NCBI GenBank assembly: GCA_013239625.1
Contig: MU056756.1
Location: 558,001-622,000, forward strand
Origin: Lama guanicoe
Lineage: Eukaryota
Length of the DNA: 64,000 nt
Direction: 5' to 3'
Positions 51,151-63,900 of the stretch are shown here, one piece after another; within the stretch, counting starts at the first letter, position 1; every line of letters starts with the position of its first letter. A model generated the notes under the pieces. That model was not told the origin of the DNA. It made no database searches and was given only the letters and a program-made list of their open reading frames with translations. The position numbers and the translations under genes were made by a program.

Positions 51151-53029
51151 AGTTACACACTCTTCCTTAGCGACTAAAGAAAGTGTCCACTTCACATTAG
51201 TTGGAGGAATAACTAAACAGGGTTCACGTCACTTCGCGTGCTCTTGATCACCTGTACGTTGACTCCTTTCAGGCCAAACTGCGTCATGAAGACCCACGTG
51301 GGTCCCTGCTAGGCCTCCCGTGAGCGGTGGCTCGGGGGACTTGACTGTGTTCTGTCCCGTTGTTAATCTCCCAGGAGGCACGTGAACCTGCAGGCTGTTC
51401 GTCCCCGTCAGCGGCACCGGCGTTGCTGCCTTCATCCCTTTAAATCGGGGTCACTGAACAGTATGTTTCCTCGCATACTTTTCAGTGAGTCCCAGGGCGT
51501 CCCCCTCGTGCTGCCTGTGACGTGAGGCTGGAATCGACATCCGCAGGGGCTCGGGCGGCTGTGGGACCACAGAGCCGCAGGGACGCTCAGCTGCCAGGTC
51601 GCCAGCCGTGCTCAGGCTCCGTGGTCACGTCTGTTCAACTCTTATCTTTCGGGAGTTGATTCAGGCCACTCGAGAGCGGGGTGCCCGCTGCCCTGAGTCG
51701 GGCGGAGGGTGGGCGGGCAGAAACCCACTGTCCAGAGCCCCTGGCCTGCCGCGTGAGCCCCTGCCAGGAGCGGCTGGTGTTCGCCTCGAACCCGCCCACC
51801 CTGCAGCCTCAGTGCCTCTTGCACACATCAGGCTGCACTTGGTGGAAAACTCAGAAAGTCTGGCGCGCCTGCTTCCTTGCCTTTTGACCTCTTTCTGGGG
51901 TTAGAGAAAAGCCTCCAAGGCATCTGGTGGAGAGTTGAGGGCGGGCTGTTAGCCGCCTGGCCCCAGGGAGGCTGAAGTGTGGCCCGGCGCCTTGCTCGCC
52001 AGAGCCAGGCCGTCCATAGCTGGACGCTTCCGGTAGGGAACTGGGCTTAAGCCAAAGGGGTGACCCTCGCTGGCAAGTCAGACCCCCTGCGTGTTTGGGA
52101 TGGACGGCCTGCGACTTGTCCAGACCACACAGGGAAGGACCTGCCCTCGAGGCTGGCGGGGCGACACGTGTGCCTCTTGGTCCAGCGGTTCAGCCTCCCC
52201 GGCGAGCTGGGAGAAACGGAATCACATTCAGACCCCAGCGGGGTCTGTCGGACACTGCGTCTGAACAAGGCCCAAGGCCCCTTCTCAGCCCTTCCCAGAG
52301 CAACATGGGCATGCGCAGAAGGCTCCAGATCACAGTGTCAGAGCGCATGTCAGGGGACCCCTGACGTCAGGGCCGGGGAGCCGCATGCGTCCACCGGCCT
52401 GCACGCTAGCGGAGATCGGTGGCTCCGCGCCGTTGCCGGGGAGCCTGGCAGACACCACACTGACACCAACAATAAGATTCATAAACAGATCGGGCGGCTG
52501 ACTGTCCAGTGGACGCAGATGCAGCCATCTCCCCCAAGAAGGGACGGAGGACGCGGAACACGAGCTTGGCTGCACCCATTCCAGCGGCTGGATATGGCCT
52601 CCACATGGTGGGATCCCAGAGGACAGAGGTTTCACTAGCCTAGAGAAGGTCAAGTGATGACAGTGTCTGCCCTGGCCACAGCCTCTGGACAGGATGGGGT
52701 GCAGGTGGGCTTTGGGGCCTGCCTGGAGCCACCGTCCCGACTCCCCACACAGCCAGGCACTGTCACGTGGCACCTGCAGGAGAAGCTGGCTGCACGGCCA
52801 GGTCTCCCGGAGAGGGCGCTCCGCAGGGGACCTGCCTGTGGGGGAGAAGCCCCCTCCGCCCCCTAGCCCTGGCTGTCCGCTTCTCTCCACCACGCCCAGA
52901 ACACGGCCCCGCAGGCGAGACCTCGGCACTGCTTCTTCACGCGCAGCGGCTGAGTTCAGGCTCAGGCAAGTACGTGAAAGATCCAGGCCTGGCTGATGCC
53001 CCGGCCTCGGATGAAACCCTGCTACGTTG

Positions 53030-53260
53030 TCCTTGTCCCCGACCCTGACCTGACCCAGTCCTGCCCCTGTCCCTGCTCCCTCCCTGACCCTGCCCGTCCT
53101 GTCCTGCCCCTGTCCCCACACCTGCCCCTGTCCCTGCACCTGCCCCATCCCTGCCCCATCCCTGCCCCTGTCCCCGTCCCTGCCCTCTTCCTGCACCTGC
53201 CCCATCCCTGTCCTGTCCCTGCCTTGTCCCTGCCCCCATCCCTGACCCTGCACCTGCCTC
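53030..53260. repeat. Degenerate C-rich tandem repeat (CCCTGN-like 6-mer units)
   Basis: ccctgacc/ccctgtcc/cctgcccc repeated; G-rich on the minus strand. Confidence 0.85.
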
Positions 53261-53509
53261 TGCACGGCGGGCTCCTGGGATGCGCACACCCAGCTCGCCC
53301 CCTGGTGGCCCAACAGAAGAACAGTCCCCAAACTGCAGAAAATGGCTCTGGACTGCAGTCCCCACTGCTGACAAGGAGAAAACGAGAGCGTTCTGTGCAA
53401 GAGGCTCGAACGCGGTTCTTACTCCACCTCTGTGTCAGCACAGGCTGCCGTCTGGCTGCGTCCAGCTGGAGGGATGGGCTCAAAAAGGGACCATGTGGAC
53501 TGGCTGTCC

Positions 53510-53827
53510 AGCCAGCACTGAACGTCTCTGTGCCCAGAATTCATCTGTGGAGCCCTAACCCCCACAGGCGGTGTCAGGAGGGGCCTTTGGCTGGTGATGA
53601 GGTCGTGAGGGAGGGGCCCCCGGGAGTGGATGAGAGCCCGATAGCAGGCCCCCGGGAAGCCCCCAGCTCGCCCCCACTTGAGGACGCAGGGACCGTCTGT
53701 GCGCCAGGAGGGGCCTCCCCGGCCGCTGCATCTGCCTGCACCCTGACCTCGGACGTCCAGCCCCAGAACTGGGAGAGGCAGCCCCGTCTGTGGTGTTCGC
53801 GTCTCAGCGGCCAAGTGGCCAGGACCA
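53510..53827 (+). mobile_element. MLT1A-like solo LTR (ERVL-MaLR)
   Basis: ctgaacgtctctgtgcccagaattcatctgtggagccctaaccccc...ggggcctttgg...gatgaggtcgtgaggg...ccctgacctcggacgtccagccccagaactg matches the MLT1A layout. Confidence 0.75.
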
Positions 53828-54584
53828 AGGGTGAAGGGCATTCAGACCAAACCAGAGAGAAGGGCCTGCTGTGCTAAGTGCGAAGGGCCCCGTCGGCCGG
53901 AAGCTGCACCTTGTAGGCGAAGTTAGATTAGCATGCACCCACCAGAAAGCTGCTGTTTACTCAGGTAGCCCCCACCCGCTGAATCCAGGGATCCACACCC
54001 GGAAAAATGCACCCTGGTAACCAAGGGGCTGCAAACGGAGGGGCCCCCCAGCGGGGAAGTGGCCAGTGCAGCAGGAGAGGCCAGGCTGCCAGCTGTCTGA
54101 TCTTGGGCGGTCACCTGGTCTGCCGTGTAGGCGACTCACGGAAACCACCAGACGTCAGGCTCCGTGTGCAGAAACAAAACCCACCCAGCGGGGCCGGCAG
54201 TCGCCCTGGGCTGCCGCGGGGGTCTGTCGCACGGCCTGCACCTCCGAGGGTGGGAACCGTCCCGAGACGGCTCTGTCCCCTCGGGAGATGGACTTGTCTG
54301 CGAGCAAAGCAGAGGAATCCGTGGTTCATCTGTAGGGTGTCGCCGACCATCAGACAAACAGAGAGCCCCGGCTCCAAGCGCCGTCTCATCGCCACCCAGC
54401 ACCGCCAGCCCCCGCAGACCTGGGCAGCGTCCCCTGAGAACCCCGCGGGCCACCCCAACATGGGCGGGGCTGCTGTCACAGTCAAGCCTTCAGAACTATT
54501 GCTTGTGCCACCAGCCCAGGGCCGAGGGAAGCAAGTCCCGAGTGGAACGATGTGTGTTCTTAACAGACAGCGTCTTCTCTGTAT

Positions 54585-55940
54585 TTTCTTCCAGCTGTGC
54601 TGAGATTTAGTTAACGCAGAGCACGATGCAGATTTAAGGAGTGCAGCTTAAGGCTCTGACTTACCTACACCATGAAATAATCACCACGATAAGTTTAGTG
54701 AACATCCAAAATTAAGGGAGTTGAAAAATGCGTTTTTCCTTGCGACAGAAGCCTAGGATCTGCTCCCGACCTTCACGCATGGCGCACAGCGGGGCCGGTA
54801 CGGTTAGCACGCTGCGCACGCCGTCCCCCGCTACTCGTCTGCCTGCCACTGGAAGTGTGCGCCTCCGCGCCGCCTCCCCCGCCCACCCCGCCTCTGGCAG
54901 CCGCACGTCCGACCTCCTTCGCTGCGAGGTTTCTCGCTCGTTTCTGAGGTGCAGCTGGCCTCCAGCCCAGGCCAGTTCCCGGTGCACGGCCCGGTCGTGC
55001 AGCGCTTCTGCGCGTCTCAGGGAAGTCCAGCTCCCACCTGTCACCACACACGCCGCGGGATTGTCGCCTGCACTCCCCACACTGCACACTTCATACCCGG
55101 GACTCGTCGTTTTGCAGCTGGAAGTGCGTTCGTCCACACCTCCCTCGCCTCCTCCCCCCGGCCTGTGTGCCCTCTGCATCTGTGACCCTGTTTCTGTTTG
55201 GTTATGTTTGTTTGCTCTGATTTTTAGATTCCACATATAAGTGAAATCATACATTATTTTTTTCCTGTCTGACATATTTTTATCGAACTATAGTTGATTT
55301 ACAACGTCATGCTCGTTCACGTATCAAATATCCACATGTGTTCCTTTCCGCGTCCTTTCTCGTTCTAGGTTATTACAAGTATTGGACACAGCTCCCTGTG
55401 CTGCACAGTGGACCTTGCTGTTCTGTCTGACTTATGCATTGTTGCACATGTCATTATTTCATTTTTTTTTTTTTGGCTGAGCAGCATTCCGCTGTACAAA
55501 TGCTGCACCTCTTGACCCAGCCCCGTCGGCGGGCACTCGGGTGCTTCCCCATCTGGGCTGCTGTGAATGCCGGGGCGCGTGCCTTTCTGAGTCGGTGTCC
55601 TTGTTTTCCCAGATGACACCCTGGGGAGCAGCTGCTGGGCTGTGCGCTGGCTCTGTTTTCAATTTTTTGAGGAACCCGCATACTGTTCTCCTCAGCGGCT
55701 GCACCGACTTCCATTCCCACCAGCACTGGGCGAGGGTCCCCTGCTCTCCACACCTTTGGCGACACTCGTAGTTTGTGGTCTTTTTGAGGCCAGTCTAACA
55801 GGTGTGAGGGGTACCTCTCTGTGGTTTTGGTTGAGTTTCCCTGATGATCAGGGATGCTGGGCCCCATTTCCTGTGCTGTTGGCATCGGTGCATCTTCTTT
55901 GGGAAAATGTCTGTTCAGATCCTGTGCCTGGTTTTTAGTT
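54585..55940 (-). mobile_element. Nested L1 3' fragments (L1MA9-like plus younger pieces)
   Basis: ttttagattccacatataagtgaaatcatac, a second L1 3'-end start at about 55277, and ORF2-like minus-strand peptide QDLNRHFPKED. Confidence 0.8.
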
Positions 55941-55946
55941 GGGCTA

Positions 55947-56355
55947 ATAGACATTTTTAGAGCGGTTCTAGGTTCACAGAAAAATTGAGTGAAAAACAGA
56001 GAAACACAGAAGACGCCCAGGTGCTCCTTGCTCCCACTCACTCAGAGCCTCCCCTTCGCCAGCACGCCCACCAGGGGGTGCGTTTGTTACCATCGGTGAC
56101 CCCCGTGGACGCACCACCACCCAGAGCCCACGGCTGACATTCGGGGTCACACTCAGTGTCATGCAGCCTGGGGGCTTGGACAGATGTGTAACGTGTCCAC
56201 ATGACAGTGTCCCCAAACCCCCTGTGCACCACCTGTTCATCCATCCTGTCCCCAAGGCCTGACAACCCCCAGCTCCTTCCTGGCTCCATAGTTTTGTCTT
56301 TTCCAGAACGTCACAGAGTTGGAGTCATACAGGGTGTGGCCTTTTCAGCTTCTTC
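55947..56355 (-). mobile_element. L1MC/L1MB-like 3' end
   Basis: tagagcggttctaggttcacagaaaaattgag...catagttttgtcttttccagaacgtcacagagttggagtcatacag. Confidence 0.7.
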
Positions 56356-56488
56356 AGCTATCAGCAAATGCTTGTGTAAGCGGTTACTGCATCATCGTGA
56401 GCCCTGGGGAATATTCGCACTGGATTTTGAATTGGTGGTGCTTCTCTCCCCTGGGATGCCGCAGCCCTAACGGCCTGTGTGTCCGCAG

Positions 56489-56641
56489 GACCCGAGCGCC
56501 ATGCCCAGACCCACGTCACAGGACCTGGCGGGCTACTGGGACATGCTGCAGCTCTCGGTGCAGGACGTCAGCATGAAGTTCGACGAGCTGCACCAGCTGA
56601 AGCTCAGCGACTGGAAGGCGGTGGAGTCCCCGGAGAGAGAG
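56489..56641 (+). CDS. DLGAP2: DLGAP2 coding exon (GH1 domain)
   Basis: gtccgcag|GACCCG. Reads DPSAMPRPTSQDLAGYWDMLQLSVQDVSMKFDELHQLKLSDWKAVESPERE. Donor GAG|GTGAGG, 153 nt, phase 0-0. Confidence 0.97.
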
Positions 56642-58932
56642 GTGAGGGCCCGCCCTGCCGGCGCCGCGTCCCCGCCGGCCACTTCGATGTCCAGCCCGCC
56701 TGCTCCACATGCCGCGCTGCGACGTGCGTCTCAGTCTCTGGTTAGCGAGACGGGCCCCCGTGTCCACGTATAGGTCTGTGTGCGCGTGGGGGTGGAGGCA
56801 CAGCCGCCAGCTCTCAGTCAGCCTCTTTCTTGCCCAGACAGTTCCGGGAAGGCGCTCACAGGGACCCATGCAAACCTGCAGCCTCGTTTCCTGTAGGGAC
56901 CTGGCCTCGGAATTATTTTCGTCAAAACTCTGTTTGGATTGTACTGAGATGACTTCCTGCGGGGAAGGTTTCGGGTCGCTTGCAGTGGCCCCCCCCCTTC
57001 TAGTTGCATATCTGCAGGAAAGGGGGAAGCGCTTTAAACGTGACTGGATGGTTTGAGGGCGTAAGCTTCCTCTCCATCCGGCAGCCTCGGCCCTGAAAGT
57101 GTCCATGAAGTTCAAAGCCTGCTTTCCCTTCTTCCTTTAGAGACGCCTCTGCAGTGGGGCCGTTAGTAGGTCTGAGTTAACAGCAGGGATACTGGCTTCC
57201 TAGCGCATTGTAGGGAAGTCCTCAATAATTGCAGACGTTGTCAATTAAAATAAAATGATGAAGAAAATTCACCCAGCCCGCTCTGGGGCAGTGGTGTGCC
57301 ACACGCGGCTGAGGGTGTACATCTGGATGATTAGAACGAAACATCGTCACAATCACCTATTTCCCCTAAAAGGTGGGATTCCAGGCTGGACGCCAGAGCC
57401 GCCCTTGCTGGTGGCTGGAAAGTCCTTCTCGCCACAGGTGACGGGCAGGGGCCACGCCAGGGGCCAGGCTGTGCGTGAGCCGTGGAAGGACCGTTAGCAA
57501 GCCCGGGAAATCTGGTTTGCTCTTGACGTGAAAGAGGTCCTGGGTAATGGTTCCAAATGATGAAGTGCTGGTTCCGCTAAAGCGCTGAGAGCACGGCTCC
57601 CTGAGCCAGCCTGGAGGCGAGCGACGATCCTCCATTTCCCATCCTTCGTCATCGACAGCCATCGCCACCCCTCCTACCTAAAGAACACACAGGGAATCGC
57701 CCTCAGAACGACGGCGCGGTCCTGCCGAGGGTGTGCGCCCGTCCAGGAGAGGCACAGCCTTTAACACAGCCGAGCCTCCGCGCCGGCCCCGGGCGCTGAG
57801 CCGCCACTCCGTGGGCCTGCAGGCCCCCCTGCCCTGCACCTGTCAACGGAGACTCTCCTTCCTCACAGCCCCGTACTTCAGCCCAAAAGAAGAGCAAAGA
57901 GCTAGAGAAACAGGGCCACACCCATGATGCAGGAATTAAATCCCAAAATAGCTGAAAGTGTTCACAGATCAATCACCCCTGGTGGGAGCCCTGCCCCAGG
58001 GTCAGGAGGGACCCTTGCTTCTGGCCCAAGTCACCCTCAGATAAGCAACAGGAATGAAGTTTCAGAGACCGAAACACTCTTCCTGCCAAACACGACGTGA
58101 TGTCACTGGGGTTCCGCCTCGTGCACTCACCTGAATGTGCACCAATGTCCAAGCTCAGATGCACCTGGAGGCCCCCCACCAGCCAGGTATCTGTTCAGAA
58201 AAGGAAGCTTCCGGCCCCTCATGGTGCGCCCCTTCCCAACAGGGGGCGAGGCTGCAGGTTTGCGTCATCCCACCACCAGGAAGGTCCGCCCTGGCCAGCG
58301 AGGCCAGCGCACCACAGCACGACGGCGGGCCACGGGCCTCCCGGCAGAAGGGTGCAGCACAGCTGTGGGCTTTATCTTCTAGAAAGGGTGCACACGTGTC
58401 TGGGTGCGGCTTACTTGAGGACGTGAGCTAAGGGTCAGAAATAATTACCTGCCTCCTTTCAGCCAGCGAGGGACAAGTCTGTATCCACACGGAGTTAGTG
58501 TCGTGGGGCTTAAGGCCCCTGGTAGAGACTGAGGCCAGTGGTCCCCGGGACAACCCCGTGAGATGGTGTCCGTGAACGTCCCTGGAGCTTGGGGTCTGCT
58601 GAAAAGACGGTCGTGTGGGACAGAGATGTCGAGCGGCATCTCCCAGGAGCCCTGGGCGGCTCCAGACCTCGAGAGCGCGGGGCTTGCCGGTGCTCAGGTG
58701 ACAGGGGAGTGTCCACCTGGCGACACGGGCAGAGCAGCGCTGAGACCAAGGAGGGGTCCGTGGTCGCGTCCTGATCTGTAAGCACTTCACCAGACCCTCC
58801 CCCGCCCGGGGGACCGAGGGAAGGGACAGAGGAGCCCAGCTGCCATCTCGGAGGGGCCGGAGGGCAGAGGGGAGTGGTGGGGAAGGCAGGTCTCCTCCAA
58901 CACCCCCAATTCTGATTTGTGATGCTTTTCAG

Positions 58933-59151
58933 GAAGAAAGAAAGGTCCCCCCTCCAATACCAAAGAAGCCCCCCAAGGGGAGACTCCCCATCACGAGAGA
59001 GAAGTCCCTGGACCTGCCGGACAGACAGCGCCAGGAGGCCCGGAGGCGGCTGGCGGCCGCCAAGAGGGCAGCGTCCTTCCGACAGAGCTCGGCCAGCGAG
59101 CGCGCCGACAGCATCGAGATCTACATCCCCGAGGCCCAGACGCGGCTCTAG
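58933..59151 (+). CDS. DLGAP2: DLGAP2 last coding exon with C-terminal class I PDZ ligand QTRL
   Basis: gcttttcag|GAAGAA. Reads EERKVPPPIPKKPPKGRLPITREKSLDLPDRQRQEARRRLAAAKRAASFRQSSASERADSIEIYIPEAQTRL, then TAG at 59149-59151. Confidence 0.97.
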   Translation, partial: EERKVPPPIPKKPPKGRLPITREKSLDLPDRQRQEARRRLAAAKRAASFRQSSASERADSIEIYIPEAQTRL

Positions 59152-60981
59152 GGCCCCGCAACCCCCGCCCTGACCGCACCCCGCGCAGTGTCCCCCACCT
59201 GTACTCTGTCTCCTTCCTCCGCCACGTCCGCCCTGCTCTTGTGTTCTGTGCTGTCAACACACGGGAACGCTGTGCTGTCTGCGGCTGGCAAGCTCACGGC
59301 CAGGAGGACCTCCTGGGGACCGGATTGCCGGCTCCGGCCAGCCGTGACGGGAGGCGTGGGGACACCTGACTCGCCCACTCTGTTCTCAGGGGGCACGGAG
59401 CACCTCTTGAGACGGAACCCGATCGCACTTTGTTATTTATATTTTTATAAATTGTGTGATCACCCGAGGCAAGCCTAGCGAGTAACTGGCCAGGCACGCC
59501 TCCCCGCCCCCCGAGGCTTTAGGGACCCCAGGAGGAAGGTGCTACAGCTTCAGCGCAGGAAGGAAGGACCCCCGCCCCGCCCCAGCCACGCCCTCACTGA
59601 GGTTCCTGGTGAGGAAGTCGTCTTCTCCAGCCACCAAGCTCCCCGCCGTGTGGTCTCCAGACACCCGGGGCTGGAAGGCCGCCCCACAGGCCCCAGCGCA
59701 GCTCTCCACAGGCCGAGGACAGCGGACGCACGCTCGCCCCGGGAGGGGCGGACGGAAGCAGCGAGTCTCTGACAAGCCTGGCTCTTCGGTGGCAGGAGTC
59801 CAAAGGGAAGGACACTGTCCTTGCTCAGATGAAAGCGTTTTATTTTTTATTCCTTTGTAACTCGCAGTGTCACACACGGTTCTGTTCTTAAGTGTCACCC
59901 TCTATGCGTCACGTGATTTTTTTGACAGCTGTGTACATATTCTCCAGCGCTCTCTCAGTTAACTTCCCAGGGTATCCTCAAAAACGAAAAACAAAGAAAA
60001 AAAGTTTGCCCGTTTAAAATGACAGTTGTGATGCCGTAGAAAGTCTGACTGTGAATGTGAGTGGTAAGTATATCTCAGTTTAAATGGTCAAGGAGAAGCG
60101 TCGTTCACATTTGCACTTTTCCACGGTTCTTTTGTCCTGTGCGGTACTGCCGAAGTCCACAGTCTGTCTCCTGCCTGTTTTAGGCAGGACAGCAAACAAC
60201 GCAGAAGCAAAAAGGTTGCGTGTGGTTTCCAGCTGGGGGCTTCAAGAAAAGAAATCCATTTTCGTGATTTGACTGGCACCAGAGAAAAAGACAGGGCTCT
60301 CGTGGAAGATTTCCATCTATGTCATTAAACGCAGACCGTGTGACCATTGCTGCAATTCGAGGGTGTCTGTCTGCTCAGACACGTCTTCAGAGGAAGCGCC
60401 CACCAGTTTATCCGTTTGGCCCCACGCCGGAGTCCTCGCCAGGACTCCAGGTAAAAGCCGGGCTGCGGTGCCCCGCGTTTCCGCCGGCGCCGGGTCCCCT
60501 GCGGCCCAGGAGGGCTGTGCCCCAGGCAGACGCCCTCCCTCAGCACTTTGTTTTCCTCCCGACTCGCACTTTAAGTCGCGCCCAGCTCTCCCTGCGGCCC
60601 GGGGCCCCGTTGAGAGCCTCCGGAGAGGTCCTCGTGGGGCGGGGGTGGCAGGGAGCCCCCAGCCCCACCTCCTCCTCGGTGTCCCCTCCCACTGAGCACG
60701 GGGTTCGTGGGAGCACAGGTGACGCTAACGCACGTTTAGCTTCACAGTTCTACTTTTTTAAAGCCGAGTAGTTAAGAGCTCCCTGTAAGAACAAAACCCT
60801 GTCAGTTGAACCTCATATCTGGTATATAGTTTACCAAACAGCCTTAAAATATATTTGGAAGCAAAAATCAGTACGAATGTATATCCTTTAAAAATGCAAA
60901 AAAAAATTTCCCTGAAATATTCTTCTATAAATGAATCCTGTGTCCCCTAGAGTGTTTAAACATTTTTTCTACCTAAATAAA
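59152..60981 (+). other. DLGAP2: DLGAP2 3' UTR (minimum extent; may run further or past the window)
   Basis: Follows the stop codon. Contains AU-rich blocks (about 59430-59460, 59835-60120, 60740-60985) within GC-rich sequence, a Pumilio element TGTACATA at 59932-59939, and AATAAA at 60976. Confidence 0.7.
60976..60981 (+). terminator. Candidate polyadenylation signal AATAAA
   Basis: First AATAAA I found after the stop, at the end of an AT-rich block with upstream TGTA. The downstream GU-rich element is weak. A second AATAAA lies at 63461-63466. Confidence 0.45.
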
Positions 60982-63900
60982 CACCTGAACCCTGAGTGGT
61001 AGACAGTAATGATGCTTCTTCCGGGATCTGTCTGGATTCGCAGGCGTTGGCGTTCTGGATGTTAAGAATGATGCGTTACGTAGACGAGCAGGTCTTTAGA
61101 AATAACCACAGAAAAGCCGGTATCCATGGGAAGACGCACACGGCGCGCACGCCTGTCAGCCCGCTCGCGTGTGCGCTGCCCAGAAGCTGACGGACTCGAG
61201 CTCATGTCCTCGAGCTGGCCCAGAACCGACAAATCATGAAGCTAGACAGGGACTGTTCGTTGTAGATCCCAGGTTCTCTGATCCTGACTTGAACAAAGGT
61301 ACTCACTGGATTTGGGTTAATTTTTTTATGTTTTGTACGCTCATTTTTATCTTAAAATCTCCGGAAGTCTTGGCCTGCACCATCCCTAGGTGAGCTAATA
61401 ACCTACACCTGGATTTGACACTGGCCCTTGATTTGAAGCTGGGAGTGGGTCCAAACCCCCTGTCTGGTCCAAAGAAGGTTGTGCGATGGCAGAGCAGGTG
61501 CGTGCTGCCAGGTCTGAGGGAGTGTCACCTGTTCACCTAACATGACCGAGCGACTCATATCCGTTGTCATGGTGACACCCCGTCATGAAGCACAGAAGAG
61601 AAGCCATGTTTACGTCCTGTACCTGTGAAGACAGTAAACGTGTTCACCGTATTGTGTCGTCGAGCTCACTCACTGCAGCCCCTCCGTCAGGGGTGACACC
61701 TCGGATCTAACTTTACCAAAAGGTGATGCGGAAATCTGGGGATGCTGTCGAGAACGATCATGACAGTGCTCTGCAGACACTCTGACGGAAAGCAGGTCAC
61801 AGACGTGCCCGGATTCCCTGCAGACACGGCGACAGCCCTTTCCACACGAGGCCCCCTTGGGAGTCCCCTTCCTCCCAGCCTGCAAGCAGGTGCCGGCCGA
61901 GGGCTCTGGTGAAGTCAGAGCACAAGTGCAAGAAACAGGACCTCAAGGTGAGGAAAGCCCAGAGGAGGCGAGCATCCTGGCTCACAGGCGCGCTTTCAGT
62001 GGGGTCCCCTCCGTCCCCGTCTGCCACCGCTCTGTTCAGCGGGAAAGTAGGTGTTAACGGTGGAGACTGTCCACGTTTTCTTCTCAGCCGGTTTGTGTAA
62101 CCGTCCCAGAACGGGTGTGAAGAGTCGGACTGCTGCATGACACCAGAAATGTACGTTTTTGTTCAAAAGGAAATGTTGGTATTTTTCACCTTGAGAGCGA
62201 TGCTCAAGACTTCCAGCTTTAACCAGAAAAGTGTATGATTAGGAAAAATAGATTACATTTAAGATTCCCTCTTTTAAAAAAATAGCCACCAAGTCAGTGA
62301 CCCTGAAGGCTGAGGGGCCCCCCCGCGGGCTCCCGCAGACGGGGCCAAGCTCGCGACCAGATGGCAGTGCGACGCCGGCGCCCACCCACGCGCGGGGGGT
62401 GCTCACTGCGGGGTCTGCGCCCTGTTTGCCTTCCCGAGCACCGCACCCAGCTGCCGTCCCACCACTTCAGTGCCAGGACCCCGCGCTGCACAGCCACCCG
62501 TGCAGACGTCAGGCACTCCGCCCCACTCCTGGGTGGCCTCTTCTGGAAAGAGAAGCCCCACCGCAGACGTTTGGGCAAAGTGCCTGGAGTGACTCTTGAA
62601 CGTGGGCCCTGCGAAGCAGCCCTCGGGTTTGGGCCAAGCCTCTCGGGGGCGAGGCGGGTGGTGGGAGAGAGGGATAGCGTCCCCACCAGGAAGCCTGTCC
62701 TGCTGGCCGCAAGCGGGTCAGGTCAGAGCCACCTCGAGGCCACTGCAGCGTCTCCGGGGAGGCACGCCAAGGTCCGAGCTGCCTTTTCAGCCCCGTTCAG
62801 AGTTCTGTCAGGTTCCAGAACCTTCGATGGTGCAGGGCCCACACGCCACGTGGGGATCAACTCAAGAACGTGTACGTCCGCTGTGGACCACGGTCACCAG
62901 CGCCGGGTCCAGGGGACCCTCAGCCGGGCAGGCAGGATCGCATCCACCGCGGATGTCCACGTGCTGCCGAAACCGCTCCGGCCCGGGGAGGGCGCCAGGA
63001 CCCCGCGTCTCCTCCCCTTCTGAAAGGTCTCCCCGAACCCGGCCAGATGGCTCAGTTCTGCACTTTCTCCCGTGGTCCCGTCCCAGCTGTCTTCCTTCTC
63101 AAGGCCTGAAACCCCGATTTTTTTCTTTCTAGTGCAAATCTAACCTACAGTCAGGTAGCTGCAGATGGCGGTTCTCAAACAGTGGCCCCTTAGAGCCCCC
63201 CGAGGATTCCCTTTCGTTTTTAATCTGCCTGTTTGTCTCCTCTTGTGGGAATGTTTTGGTCGAATACCGGGTCCAAAATGGGAAAATACACCAGAAAGCC
63301 TCAGGCTGCTGGGAACCCGGCTGCCGGCTGGTAGGGGTGCTTGACCACCAGCAGAAGGGGCTCACTCAGCGCCCCTGCACCACATGTCATAGACCCGCCA
63401 AGGTCACGTCACGGCCCTGTGCCTTCACAGCCGCGTCACTCTTACTGCGTGGGTAGCGGCAATAAAGGTGGGCGGCGGACAGGACGCCGGAGGGGCGGTG
63501 CCCCTCGGCGCAGCGCGGCTGCGGAGGGTCTTGGGCTCGGGAGAGGCCCAGAGCGCCCCCCCTCTGTTCGGACATCGCCCCCCCCATGTCTCAAGTCCAT
63601 GTCCCGGCTTCCTCCCGTCCGTCGCCCTCACAGACGCTCTGCAGTGACTGAAGACCCTGAAGTCCTCTGAGCTCCCTGGAGTCTGGGGTGCAAGTGTCCG
63701 TTCAGTGAGAGCTGACGCCCACAGCCCCTCCTGTGTGGGACGCTGTGAGAGCCGAGTCGGACGATGCGCATCTCCGACACCAGCAGGACCCCCGGACGCG
63801 GGACCCTCTCTTGGGAAGACTGTCTGGGCTGGGCACCTGCCCACAAGCCGTTCGACGGCTTGGGAAAGGAGCGGGGCTCCAGGGGGCACCCGTCCATTCC

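Noticed and set aside
52330-53877. Long ORFs of 356 aa (-) and 293 aa (+)
   Set aside because: They arise from the stop-poor C-rich tandem repeat and an MLT1 LTR; low-complexity translation with no recognisable domain.
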